Assembly (NCBI GenBank): GCA_030770535.1 | Contig: JASVEC010000019.1 | Location: 62,001 to 126,000, forward strand | DNA: 64,000 nucleotides | DNA from: Batkoa obscura | Taxonomy: Eukaryota | Reading direction: 5' to 3' | In this document: positions 1 to 15,503 of the stretch, one piece after another | Layout: each line of letters starts with the position of its first letter | How positions within the stretch are numbered: position 1 is the stretch's first letter | Notes under the pieces: generated by a model | Database searches by the model: none | Seen by the model: the letters and a program-made list of their open reading frames with translations, nothing else | What the model was told of the DNA's origin: nothing | Made by a program: the position numbers and the translations under genes

Positions 1-848
1 CTCAACGTATAAAAGAGTGCAATGATACTGGAGTAGATGTTCAGGTCATTTCTACTGTCCCAGTTATGTTCAACTACTGGGCAAAACCTCAACACACTTT
101 AGATCTTGCTAAATATTTAAATGATCATGTAGCTCAAACAGTAGCTGAGGATCCTTCTAGATTTATTGGCTTAGGCACTTTACCTATGCAAGCTCCGGAT
201 CTTGCCATTCAAGAGATGAAACGTTGTGTTAATGAGCTAGGATTACCTGGGGTACAGATAGGCTCTCATATCAATGAATGGAATTTAGATGCACCAGAAC
301 TAGATCTCTTTTTTAAAGCAGCAGAAGAGCTTGGGTGTGTTATTTTTGTTCATCCTTGGGATATGGAAACAAAGGGGCGAATGGAAAAATATTGGTTTCC
401 CTGGCTTATTGGTATGCCTTGTGAAACCACTATTGCTGTTTGCTCCTTAATCTTTGGAGGTGTTTTTGATCGCTATCCTAAACTTAAGGTTTGCTTTGCC
501 CATGGAGGCGGATCGTTTTTGGCTACCTTAGGTAGAATCGATCATGGCTTCAATGTAAGACCAGATTTGTGTGCCACACACATTAAGAAACCACCTTCTA
601 GCTATTTAAAACAAATCTTTGTTGATTCTTTAGTTCATGATTTAGATGCCTTAAAGTTTATGGTTGGTAAAGTAGGTGTAGATAATATTTTATTAGGTTC
701 TGATTATCCATTTCCGCTCGGTGAACATCATCCTGGTAAACTCATTGAGGATGCTTCTGAATTTAGCGATGAGGATAAAGAAAAAATGTTATCTGGGAAT
801 GCATTGAAACTTTTCAACTTAAAACCTGAGAACTATTTGCGCAACTAA
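1..848 (+). CDS. ACMSD: 2-amino-3-carboxymuconate-6-semialdehyde decarboxylase (amidohydrolase), 5' end truncated by the window
   Basis: Frame open from position 3 (QRIKECNDTGVDVQVISTVPVMFNYWAKP); motifs FVHPWDM, AHGGGSF, GRIDHGF, LGSDYPFPLGE. Confidence 0.9.
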   Translation, partial: QRIKECNDTGVDVQVISTVPVMFNYWAKPQHTLDLAKYLNDHVAQTVAEDPSRFIGLGTLPMQAPDLAIQEMKRCVNELGLPGVQIGSHINEWNLDAPELDLFFKAAEELGCVIFVHPWDMETKGRMEKYWFPWLIGMPCETTIAVCSLIFGGVFDRYPKLKVCFAHGGGSFLATLGRIDHGFNVRPDLCATHIKKPPSSYLKQIFVDSLVHDLDALKFMVGKVGVDNILLGSDYPFPLGEHHPGKLIEDASEFSDEDKEKMLSGNALKLFNLKPENYLRN

Positions 849-1065
849 TTTGATGTATATTATGGCTATGGATTCATTTACTTCTACTATTATTATTAAA
901 TGATATTGTTTTTATCACTATATTTTATTTTATTGTATCTATTTGTTATGAGCCATCTTTTATTCTTTTTATAGAGTCTAAAATGGTGTAATATTTATCC
1001 CTGATTTTTAATAATTTAGAATCGTGGTACTTATTAAAACTATCTTTAATTTCTTAAAGTATAAA

Positions 1066-1561
1066 ATGGATTACACGAACTTAGAGTTAAGATTAAACAC
1101 GCTAATAAACCAACAAGTAGAAAAAATCCAGACCGAAATAAAGTCTAACAATGACTTACCAAATCACCTTATACCAAGTTCTCGATTATATGTTAATAAA
1201 GAAGAAGGTTTATTATTAATAGAAATAAAGACCAAAAAAGTAATTTCAAAATTTTATTTAATAAATTAAAAACTAAAAGAGTACTTAGGGGATTAAGCTA
1301 GACATAACAACTTTGAAATACTATCAACCATTTATAAAAATAGCTGGGAACTGTCTTTCAAAGGTGAGTGAGATTGAGCTTGGGCTACCTGATTTAGACC
1401 AACATTCTTTGGTCCCGAAGTTTTATCAACAGGAAAATAGACAATTTGAATTAACTATTACTTTACCTCATCATTTCGGTGAATTACCAACGGATATTCA
1501 TTATATTCATGCTAAGTTTGTTGTTCCTAATCTCCTTAAGATCTATATTCCTATTGTTTAA
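1066..1561 (+). CDS. Small two-exon protein, possibly HSP20/alpha-crystallin-like or CS domain
   Basis: ATG at 1066; phase-0 intron 1240-1288 (GTAATT..ACTAA..TTAG) joins track ORFs 1024 and 1313 in frame; RQFELTITLP..IHAKF..NLLKIYIP resembles the ACD C-terminal strands. Confidence 0.55.
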
Positions 1562-1773
1562 GTTTTTACTTATGAAATAGTCAAGAATTCTTAAATATCG
1601 CTTTCAGATGATATATTATAATCTTATTCAAATATAGTTATCTAAACTAAAACAAGTAATGTTTAAATTTATACATTATAACTATCAATTATAAAACAAC
1701 AGATAATTAATAAATAGTAATCATCAGACCCTTTAATGAGCATAATAAAAAACTTTAATAACCTTCTATTTAA

Positions 1774-2196
1774 TCAAGCGTTATAATACATCGCTATTGT
1801 GTAACTCCTATGATTCTTAATAAAGACTTTACTATAATTTTAATTAAAATTGGGTTTACTTTTTAGACGAAAAATAAACTACCTGTTTTTCAACTGTAAA
1901 CAAATACTCGGGTTCTCATTTTCTTTATTGTGAAACTCTCCAATTTCTTTGACTCTACGACCAATACTCGCTAAATATCCTGAAGCGGATGAACTGGCTG
2001 TTCCTCTTGCTAAAAATTAATTTCTAGATTTATATAAATATATTATAATTAACTACCTAATAAGCAAAGCCCATTGTCATCTGTAATTAAAATGCCATTG
2101 ACAGATTCATCTGCTAAACTAAATTTTAAAATTTGCAGAATGTTATTAAAGGTGAAGTTACCATTCTTCTATCATTTTATCAATTTCACTATCCAT
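1774..2196 (-). CDS. LAMTOR5: Ragulator subunit LAMTOR5/HBXIP-like, 93 aa, 4 exons
   Basis: Exons 2196-2162, 2118-2057, 2009-1883, 1831-1774 splice to MDSEIDKMIEECLADESVNGILITDDNGLCLLARGTASSSASGYLASI..NPSICLQLKNSKVFIKNHRSYTIAMYYNA; matches the GVLCTDSQGLNLGCRG pattern; absent from the ORF track. Confidence 0.75.
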
Positions 2197-2547
2197 TTTG
2201 TTAAGAATGAGGACGTATTTTTTAAAATTAGGTTTTAGTCAAAAAGCCTGTTCTTTTTGATTTAGATCATTTATCAAAAATGTTTTTGATAAATAATGCT
2301 AATTCATCTAAAGTTGAAGCTATATTTTTAATTCAATAAATGGATTTATTCATTATTATATATATTTAATTTTTTACTATTATTATAAACTATAGTAAAT
2401 AAAAATTTAGCTAATAACTCATTATTGAGTTATGGGATCACTGCCAAATGAGTCTTATTTAGAAAAATTAAAGTCTGGTTTTCTAAAAGTAAGCTATTTT
2501 TTAGCCTATTTTAATGTTCAAATAAATTCAAACCAACAATTAATGCT

Positions 2548-4540
2548 ATGATTTACTCTTCATATAACTTAAGTATATTTACTGTCAATGCCTATACCAA
2601 CATTAAAATAACATCAGGTTTTATTATTAGAATTACTAACCAAAAATCAGTTGCCAGTTTTTTAACCAAGTTGAATACCAGGGTAGAAACTACATTAATT
2701 AGTTCAAATTTAAATGGTCCTATTTTTATAGTACAACGTTATTTGAACACAGTATCAGAAAGGAATAATCAGTTAGATCTTTGTTGTAATAGGGGATCTG
2801 AACATGTTAAAGACAGTAACTTTATGAAGGACAGTGAAGAAGCGAATGTAAGAGTTACAATATCAAAAGATGAATATAGACAGTCGGAGTCAAATAATTT
2901 AGCTCAACAAACACAAAAAAAGATGGAAGAATATAATAGGCTGGGAGATTACAGAGCTTCCAGTGAGTGCTTTGAAACTTTTATCCAAACCAAAGGAGAT
3001 AAACAGTACAGGTTTTTTGGTATAGATTTTTTTAATATTGCTCTGACAGCATTTTTGAGAATGAAAATGTATTCAAGACTTGTAGATTTATATACAAAAA
3101 TAAAACAAAATAGAGTGAAGCTGGATATATCTACTTATAATATTGTATTAAAGTCATATTTTGAGCAAAGTAAGTGGAATGAAATCAACGAATTGAAGCA
3201 AGACATTATAACTTATGAGCTAAAACCAAATAAAGTTACTTATTTTCTTTATATTCGAATAAACTTAAACCAGAACAATGATAAGCAAGCAATGTCGATT
3301 TTTAACAACATAAGTCAAGATAAAGATAAACACCCTCTGTCATTTTCAAATTATCATCAAATTATAGTAGACTTATGTGCCATGAGAAAAATGAAGTTAG
3401 CATTGAAAGTATATGAGACAATAATAGGTAATGGGATAAAACCTACCGAGGATTTTTGTATTACTTTACTACGAGGCTTATTTTCAAGCAATCTGCCACT
3501 TATTGCAAATCAATTATATAAACAATGGAAAATCAAATATCCACACTTCAAATCAAGTAAGCGAGTTATCAAATGTATTGTAGAGGGTATGATCATAAAC
3601 CGAGAGTATAGTCAAGCATTAAATTATTTAAAAGTGTTAAGAAGGAATGGAGAAACAACTAATAAAGATGTGGAAAAGATATGGAATCGGTTATTTACGA
3701 CCCATTTTACTCAAAAGGAGATAGATTTACAAAAAATTAATACTTTAAAAAGATATCTAGCTGATAATTTCAATTTACCAAAAAGTTGTATGATAATTGA
3801 TATAGATGTTTTAGTCAAGACTTATTTAATTGCCCCAGAGCAAGATCATAGTAATTCTCAAAAAATGGAAATGAATGGCAATCTTCCTTTGGATTCTTTT
3901 TTCGAGCATAGAGTAAAGCCTATATTTACTCCAACATTGAGTGTTTTTAACGCTCTAGCACAAACTTTGAGCAAATATAACATGGAATGATCTAAATTCG
4001 CAACTATTACTATTAGCAGAAAGAGAGCTTGGCTCAATTCCGCTTTCGATATATAATATAATGCTGAAAAAAGCATTCCAGGTAGGGGATATTAACATTG
4101 TTAATACTTTATTAGCCAAACTAGAAGAAGATAAAGTAGAATTCAATACAATGCTATACTCAACAATAATTAATGGCTATTGTTTCTCAAGTGAACCTAA
4201 AAAAGCATTATTAACTTACCGTGATATGCGATTAAAAAATTACCCAAGGTTACTTTATCCAGCTATCAAAGTAATCAAGTTAAGTAGAAGATTAAAAGAG
4301 GTCAACTTTATGTTATGGATTATCAAGGATACCCTCGGTTACTATGGTCATGATTCGATGTCCAGTGATGATAAAAACTGTTATAGTTTAGATACTACTT
4401 TAAGTGAGACGGAAATTGAATTGTTTATTAGCAAATTAAAAGCATTAAAATCTCCGACTATTGATTTTGTTTTATTGAACTATGATAAACTAAAATTAAG
4501 GTTAAATGGTGATATTACTAACAATAATAAACTTTATTGA
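2548..4540 (+). CDS. Pentatricopeptide-repeat (PPR) protein, probably mitochondrial, with a frameshift near 3980
   Basis: Repeats of about 35 aa (LDISTYNIVLKSY, PNKVTYFLYI, PTLSVFNAL, FNTMLYSTIINGYC); second frame open from 3971 continues the repeats. Confidence 0.8.
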
Positions 4541-5196
4541 ACACTGAATTTTTATAAATTATTATTTTAAATTATTTTACTCACATTTGACATAACCAAG
4601 TTTGATATTACTACCACTTTGGGACCGCTTGTATCTTTACTCAGCTATACTCCTTTAATTTATAAATATTGCTATGTGTGTTTTTACGAGAAATACAGAT
4701 ATGAAATTTAATGATGCGTTACATAATAAGAATAATGAAACAGGGGAAAATGTTTATGTCCAATAATTATTAAATGAAAATTAAAAAATAAAATGAAAGT
4801 TCAATCTTATTATATGTTGCCATTTAGTTAATGTCTAAATAATCGATAGTATAAATACTATATAATATGACTTTCAAGATATAAAAAAGAGCATTGTTTT
4901 AATAACTGGAACTTTAGTTAATATTAATCCGTCAAGGTTAAAACATAAACTTCTATCATAATGATAAACCCACAGTCCTAATTTAGCTAAAAAAAAACAA
5001 GTATTAACCTAGTTATTATGAATCGATCGTAAATTATAAAAATGTCATTATTTAATACTATAATACAATTGAAAATAAAATTCATTTTTTCAGTTTCATT
5101 TAATAAATCGTACTAAAAAAGGTTTACAGTAGTCAAAAGTATGATTTGTAATTCTACCCAATTGTGATTAAACGATTGATTTTTACTACCTTGTAT

Positions 5197-5770
5197 TTAT
5201 TCTCCAAATAGGCGTTGTACTCTTTTTAATACAGAATCCTTGGATGGATCTAAATTATTGTTGTTAATAAGTATCTATATCATTTAAAAATAATTACCAT
5301 AAGGATGGTCCTTTGAAGGAATTTCTAAAATAGTAGGAAAAGCTTGAGTGTAACCATCAATCAATGGTCTGATCTGCTCAGCAACCTTACGATAAAATTA
5401 GCAAGCTAGAAGTTATAATTAAATAAAACTTACATGTTGATTAATTAAAATAATAGCGATATCTTTACGTTGAGTAAACTCATTGAAAGTTGTTTCTAGA
5501 GTATCTAACTGAGTTTCTAGTATTACTGTTAATACTCAATTCTTCTAAATAGTTTAATTCTACTTACTGTTATCAACCACCATAAAATTACTTTTTTGTT
5601 GTGCATCAATGTGCCCTACTCCAGATAATAATAATCCAGTTACAGTATCCTAATTAAATCAAATGAATTCATACTTCTACATTTTGCTTTTCTAATCTCT
5701 TACTTACCTCATCCCCTATTACTGCTAAGAAATTACGTCCTTTATTGTTTGCTGAAACTTTAGGATCCAT
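5197..5770 (-). CDS. VMA7: V-ATPase subunit F, 5 exons
   Basis: Spliced [33 protein letters not shown]../[12 protein letters not shown]/..[31 protein letters not shown]. Confidence 0.93.
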
Positions 5771-5858
5771 TTTGATTGTAAATTTTAAGCCACGAATTTC
5801 TGTTAACTGACTAAATAGCAACTTGACTTTTGCTTCTTTCGCTTTCTAATGCAACTTT

Positions 5859-7088
5859 TTGCACAAAATGTACTGTATTTTTAAACTTGGCAGTTTTGAT
5901 AGTCATTTTTTAAAAATGAAAAAATTATATATTTTAACAAGGTTAATAAAAAACAATAGAAGCCTACAGCAATGTATAATAAAGAATCACAACTATCAAA
6001 ATATACGTTATGAATCAACAATAGGCACTGAAAAATGGTTAGACAAACTTAAATTTGATGAACCAACCACTTTAGAAGTATATAAAAAACCAAAGATAAT
6101 AATTAATGAAGAGATAGCGTCCATCTTACATCAACACATTTTAAGAAAGGATTTCAACAAGTGTATTGACCTCATTGAGTTATACTTATTTCGAACTCAT
6201 AATTATATTGATTATAATCTTATAAGTTTGGTTCTTAGAGCTATAATCGACCACTTTAAGTTTCAGTATAAGTTTAAAACTTATATTAAAGATGAAGCAT
6301 TTTTACTATTGGGGAGGCTGTATAATAATTTAAGCCAGTTTAAAATCAAACTGGACCGAAATTGTGCAAATTGTTTTATCTATGCTAATGTATTAAAATT
6401 GGATTTAGATATGGATAAAGTAGAACAAATATATAAAGAAAATGAAGTTGATTACGACATTGTTACTTATACTAACTTGATCTTAGGTTATGGAAGGATT
6501 GGAGACTTTAAAAAAATACGTTCGATTTATAGATATATAAAATTTCAAACACAACTAACAATTAATAATGTTACTTATTCTACTATTATTGTTAGCTGTT
6601 TGAATAAAAATAAATTGAATTTGGCACTAACCTATTATTATCAAATGTTGGAAGAAGGCGTTAAACCTACAAATCATATTATCGGACCTTTGATCATAGC
6701 AAATTTAAAATTAAAGCAAGTGGATCAAGCTTTGATGTTATTCAATTCTTTGTTGAATTTAAATATTCAACCTGATCGTCTTTGTATGGAAAAAATGGTT
6801 ATTGGTTTAGTAAAAAACCAACATTATGAGGTGAGTTTAAAGTTTTTAGAGCAAGCAGTTCATTATGGCTATTCCCTCAATCCTAAGTTTTATTTACAAT
6901 TGATTAGTTATGTACAAAGAGAAGCAGATGTTTTAGTAACTATTTGGGATTTTTATCTAAACACCACAATTAAACTCAATCAAGAGGTTTTATTAGCATT
7001 CTACAGTGCTTTTAAATTAAATAAGAAGGGGATTGCTGATACTATTCTAGTATCAATTCAAGAGCAATATAAAACTACTGATTTATAA
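5859..7088 (+). CDS. PPR protein (true start probably the MKKLY ATG near 5916)
   Basis: YDIVTYTNLILGYGRIG, NNVTYSTII, GVKPTNHII, IQPDRLCME repeats; basic N-terminal presequence. Confidence 0.85.
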   Translation: MHKMYCIFKLGSFDSHFLKMKKLYILTRLIKNNRSLQQCIIKNHNYQNIRYESTIGTEKWLDKLKFDEPTTLEVYKKPKIIINEEIASILHQHILRKDFNKCIDLIELYLFRTHNYIDYNLISLVLRAIIDHFKFQYKFKTYIKDEAFLLLGRLYNNLSQFKIKLDRNCANCFIYANVLKLDLDMDKVEQIYKENEVDYDIVTYTNLILGYGRIGDFKKIRSIYRYIKFQTQLTINNVTYSTIIVSCLNKNKLNLALTYYYQMLEEGVKPTNHIIGPLIIANLKLKQVDQALMLFNSLLNLNIQPDRLCMEKMVIGLVKNQHYEVSLKFLEQAVHYGYSLNPKFYLQLISYVQREADVLVTIWDFYLNTTIKLNQEVLLAFYSAFKLNKKGIADTILVSIQEQYKTTDL

Positions 7089-7215
7089 AATATTATAAAT
7101 AAAATTGACGTTGTTTGATAGATTTATCTTTTACTTATTAAAACATAGAATAATTTTTAAAAAAACAATAATAATTCAAAATTTGATTCTGGTTTAATAT
7201 ATACTCAAAAATAAA

Positions 7216-8669
7216 CTATTCGTCATCTTCATCAGAAGTTTCTTCTTCAGCTTCTCTATAAAATAGAATTAATGATTGCTCAATTGCTTAAATCATAATA
7301 AACTTACTCTAACCAACTAAGAAAAGGTTGGGCCTTTTCCTTAATAGTTTTACTAATCTTCTTATCCACATATTTCTTACTAGGCTTTTCTCCCCACTTT
7401 AAAAAGATTTCCTCTTCAACTAAGTCGAAGTCGTAAATCAATTTAAGAATAACAGGTACTTTGGCCATAAGATTAGGAAAAGTAATACCAACTAAACGTT
7501 CAATTCCACCCAATAAAGCTTTTTGATGTTTTTCTCCAGTGATAAACTATGTCGAGTTAGTATATTGCTTATTATAAATATTATCAGTTTACCTTGCGTA
7601 ACAATTTAACTCTTTTAGGAAGCTGAGAAACAATTTTTTCATTAAAGATAACTTGAACTAATACTTGGACAGTACGGTGCTTTCCTAAAACGCCATGCTC
7701 TTCGGCGCATTTAATGATTTCTTCATCACTGACAGAAACGTTTCCTTCTAATTCAGTCCCAAACTTTTCATATGGATTATCACCTTCATCCTCATCATCA
7801 TCGTCTAAAATAAGGCTATTAATACCTTCTTGGAGTTCTTTGGTACGCTTTTCAATAGCTTCTGCTGACATATCGACAGCCCAATCATTGTCATCAACTT
7901 CTACATTAGCAAGTTGGGCCGCTTCACGGTTGATTCTTGCAGTAAGTTCATCTTCGTCATCAGATTCCTTTTGTTCGGGGCTCCCTCCTCCGAAAGTGCC
8001 ATCCTCTGAAGCTTTAACTGATTTCTTACTAAAATACTGTCAATATAAAAACAAATATCTATAAATTTCAACTACATTTTCTTTGGAGGTGGTGGAGGGT
8101 TCTTAATAATAAAAACAGAGAGACGATGCTTCATATCAACACCAGAACGTTTTCCACAGGCTTTACAATCTCTAATGATTGATTGGTCTTTAAGAATAAA
8201 CTAAAAATCATTTAGTTTTTGTTTACGGATTAAAATAAAAATACCTACTAAATCAGTTTCTGGATTTTTACATTCTTTACACAATACAAATTTTTCAATA
8301 AACAAGTATAATAAATCTTGAAGCTTTTCGGCTTCATGGGCTCCATTTACAATATATCTATCATTTTTAGCTTCACTTTTAACTTGTGCACCTAACTCAC
8401 ATCCAAAGAATTTGGTTGGGTCTAAATTAATTAATATATGAAATCAAACTACAAGTACTAGTATTACACTCAGGTGGACGACTTAAAGCTTTAGCAATCT
8501 CTGGCATATTTGGAATGACAGTTTTAATACCATTACCTTTACCTTCAATCTAAAATAATTAATAATTAAATTGTAAATAAACCAAAATCTTTACCTTTGA
8601 GATAAGCTTTGGCATTTTGTAACGATAGAAAGGATCGTTATTATCACGACGGATGTTAATGTTAGTCAT
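7216..8669 (-). CDS. TIF5: Translation initiation factor eIF5, multi-exon
   Basis: [42 protein letters not shown], zinc finger [15 protein letters not shown]-terminal W2 domain ([13 protein letters not shown]). Confidence 0.95.
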
Positions 8670-9702
8670 TTTCTATCTCCATGTTAAATTTTACTTTTTT
8701 AGAATGAATAATCCTTACTATTTAATTTGGTTAACTTTTAATTATATTGAAATTTACACTTATATTTTAATCGTATATGAGATATAGTTGTAAAGGTATT
8801 AAAATTAAAAAACATAAGCCTTCTTCTTTGTAATTGCTTCAATTTATATATAGATGGAATTTGGATGTAGGTTAATTCCTTTTCAATTTAGCTTTGAGAA
8901 AAGAGTAAGTTATTTAAATTTCTTGATTATTTATTCTCTACTGCCCTTATGTTGATTGGCTCGACTACGGGCTTAGCTTCCCATCATTGGTGGGGTGTTG
9001 GGGTGGTTTACTCGTTTTGAAAGCAAATAGCCAATAAAGTTGACTTTTTAAGGAATTTTTAAGTTTTTTAAACTTGAATAACAATATATTTCATTTAATG
9101 AGAGTAAATTGAAAATATTTTACTCCGACTTTCGCAGCTTTTAATTGAGTAAATTGTGTTTAGTCTACAAGGCAATAATTGTATTCATACCACAACCCAT
9201 CCTTATTCATTAATTTAAAAGTTTGAATAAGTAAATTTGGTATCAATTAATCAATGTATAATATTATAAGGCCACCATATGAAGCTACAGCTTCACTACC
9301 TTAAATACATTGCTTTCATATTTTATAATATATCATTTTTAAAGGCCGATTTCCCAATCAAAATGTTTATCCGAATATTTGTTCTTTTAAATCAATGTTA
9401 AAATCTCTTACTAGTGTTTCTTTTGACCTTTAGGTTAAGATTGTTGATTACCGCCTCCCTTCCTCTCCTCAATATCGCATTGTTGTCCTTTGTTTCTAGC
9501 TGTCTAGATTTAGTCTAAGTCTTATTTCTTCTTCTTATTGCTTATCTACTATTCCTTAGGAATTACTTCTCGCTGCAGTTTCTATTTTCTTTTCACTTTT
9601 CATTGTTCATAAAACAGTGCTCCTTAGGTAAGGATCAAAAAAATTAATGTTTAAATTATATTAAAATTCTAGCAAATGAGCTTAACAAAGTTACTTTTTG
9701 GT

Positions 9703-9805
9703 ATATGAGGATGTTTTTTTGATTTCACTTTTTCTATTTTTAAGCGCTATTTAAAGTGGAAAAATTGTTAGTAAAATTCTTAAATACAAAAATACATCCC
9801 CATAT
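9703..9805 (+). mobile_element. MITE-like ~100-bp element, copy 1
   Basis: ATAT-GAGGATGTTTT..AAGCGCTATTT..AATACATCCCC-ATAT. Confidence 0.85.
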
Positions 9806-11135
9806 TTTAAATTATTGAATATTATTGATTTATATTAAAAATGCAATAAAACACACATAATTTTATTAAGAATAAATTCTGTAAAAAGATATTTTTTTAT
9901 ATTTGTGAATCACAATTCAAACAAAAAGTAAAATTTATAAGATCAAACTTAATATAAAATGAAATGTGAAATAAATTTTAATGAATCTATATTTTTCTAA
10001 CAGAGTTCTTAAAATAATAAACAATAGATTACACCATAGTATTAATAAAATAAAGTTATTTAAACGAATTTATTAATAAAACTTTCAAGTCGTGACTTTA
10101 TTTTTCCGTTAAAAAGCCCGTCTGCAAAGATATTAAAATAACAAGTTTCTATATATCATAACGTTAGATACATATAAGATTATTAAATTTATAATATTTG
10201 TAATATTTATAATTCAATATTTACAAAAAAGTTAAAGTGATTTAAAAAACATATCTTAGAAATTATTTAACTAAATTTTATTCTCTAAAATACAGTTATA
10301 TGCTATATTTATATGTTATTATGGTAGTTAAAGTGATCTTGTTAACGGCTAATAATGCTACAATAAAAATTATATCGTAATAACAGCTGCATTAAAATTC
10401 TAAAAAATAAGTTGCAATGAATATTATTTTACGTTTTCAAAAGCATGCATGGTACGCTGTTAGTATTTAAAAAAGGTATTTTGATCAAAATTATGCCAAT
10501 TTTTAACATTCATATACCAAGGTCAGTATATATAAGAGAATCGATTATAAGTAATATTGATAAGTACACATTAAAGGTAAAATTTTATAGTCAACAGTTC
10601 CGTATAGTAATACATTAAATATCAAATTAGATTCATGAGCTATAAACTATGAGCATGCTTAATATAATTAATTTGATCACAATATGTTAAATTATAAATG
10701 GGTATAAGTAAATCTTTAGTTGATAATTTATTTTATATGAATATTTAATTCTTTTATTTATACTAAAACAAATAGTTATTATAGTCAAAAAATGAATTGA
10801 ATTTTGCATTTTTCTCTTTTGCATAAAAATTCAATTCCTAAAAAGTTTACACAACTGAAGTCAAAATTTCAATTGAATTTTATATGAGCGGTTATAGCTG
10901 ATTCTATATTTAATTAACAATCATCAAAGCATTTATTGATACATCAACATAAACTATTTAATTTTGTCTAATAATTTAATCGGATTTAAATCTCACTCTT
11001 ACCTACTACTTATTTGAAATAAGACTAGTTTAAGGTCCTTTAATTAATTGACTAAGCCACACCTCTTTCTTAACCCAATTAACCTAATCTATACAAAACA
11101 AAACGAAAAGTATAATAGCAAGCTTAAAATCAACT

Positions 11136-14335
<3,200 letters not shown>

Positions 14336-14670
14336 TATAATTTAAAAACTTTGTTGGTTGGCATTAATTTAATAACTTTAAAATTTTTGTTAAATCTTGT
14401 TCTTATCTTGTTATAAAACTAGCTTGGAGTTTTGAAAATAAATTAATTAGAATTTTTTAGCGATTATTATTTGATCAATTTTTAAAAAGTTATTTATTTT
14501 ATTAATGTGCTAAATGATTTACAAAAGTTGATTTTCATATATTCTTTTTTATTGCTTTATAGCTACTGACTTTATTGTATTAATCAAAAGCAGGTCGATA
14601 CGAATAGAAGGCATAAATCAAAAAAGAAGCCTTGGTTGATCTATTCCAAAGTGTAAATCTTCTACTTTGT

Positions 14671-15185
14671 TTAATCGCCTGAGCAACAACCTCTACAACC
14701 ACAATGAACACACTCAACCACCCTACCTTCTTCAAGTTTTGATTTAGGTACACGACAAATACAAGTGTTACCAAAATTGGTATCTTTTGGCTGTACACAT
14801 CTTAAGCAGCACAATTTTTCAAACCCTGGCTTCTTCCATTTAGCAATCAAGTTTCTATCAGCAATATTGATTTTGACACAATATTCAAAAACTTCTTTGG
14901 AAATTGTTTTTCTTTTATAATACATTTCATAGATGTATCTATTTCTTTGATGATGGACTCGAAAGATTGGCCATAATGCTTCAACTTTACGTTTACCTTC
15001 ATGCTGTTCATTTTCAGCTAAATATTATTTACTCTTATTAATAGTTGTATTTATAAGGTTCTAAATGTAAGAATATACTACTTACCTTCACGCATCTTTG
15101 TAGCAAACTCTTGTAATACTGGTGCTATCTTTTCAAATCCTTCAGGTGCTTTTTTTCCCTTATGTATTAGCTTTCTTCTATACAT
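14671..15185 (-). CDS. BUD31: Spliceosomal G10 protein, 2 exons
   Basis: [55 protein letters not shown]. Confidence 0.95.
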
Positions 15186-15503
15186 TTTGCTATATACTCT
15201 CAACCGATTTTTTTCTAGACAATTACTAGTGAATGAATAGGAAATAAAATTTTAAAGTTTAAAATAGTTACTTTTATTTGCTTTTATAAATTTTAACCAA
15301 ATCAAATGAAACTTAGTCCTTTTCTTGCAGCTATTTTTACCTGAGCAAAGCCTAAAGCTTGATTGGCTAATTAACTGACAACTAAAATGAGGCCTAAGTT
15401 CAAAAGATTGGGCCAAGTAAAATTAGCCAACCAGATTTAGCTAGTATCAAAAATTTATTGAAAGTAAAAACTCATTTTGTTTATAAATAAATAAAATAAA
15501 ACT

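Noticed and set aside
7714..8064. Ser-rich plus-strand ORF, and similar shadows over YAK1, SYO1, STE14 and the Kelch gene
   Set aside because: Antisense or off-frame to well-supported genes
8662..8682. Strong-context ATG 13 nt upstream of eIF5 (MEIEND*)
   Set aside because: Lies inside the predicted 5' UTR intron, between branch point and acceptor; relevant only if the intron is retained
9280..9630. Purine-skewed minus-strand tract upstream of eIF5
   Set aside because: No open frame or recognisable motif; cannot support a call
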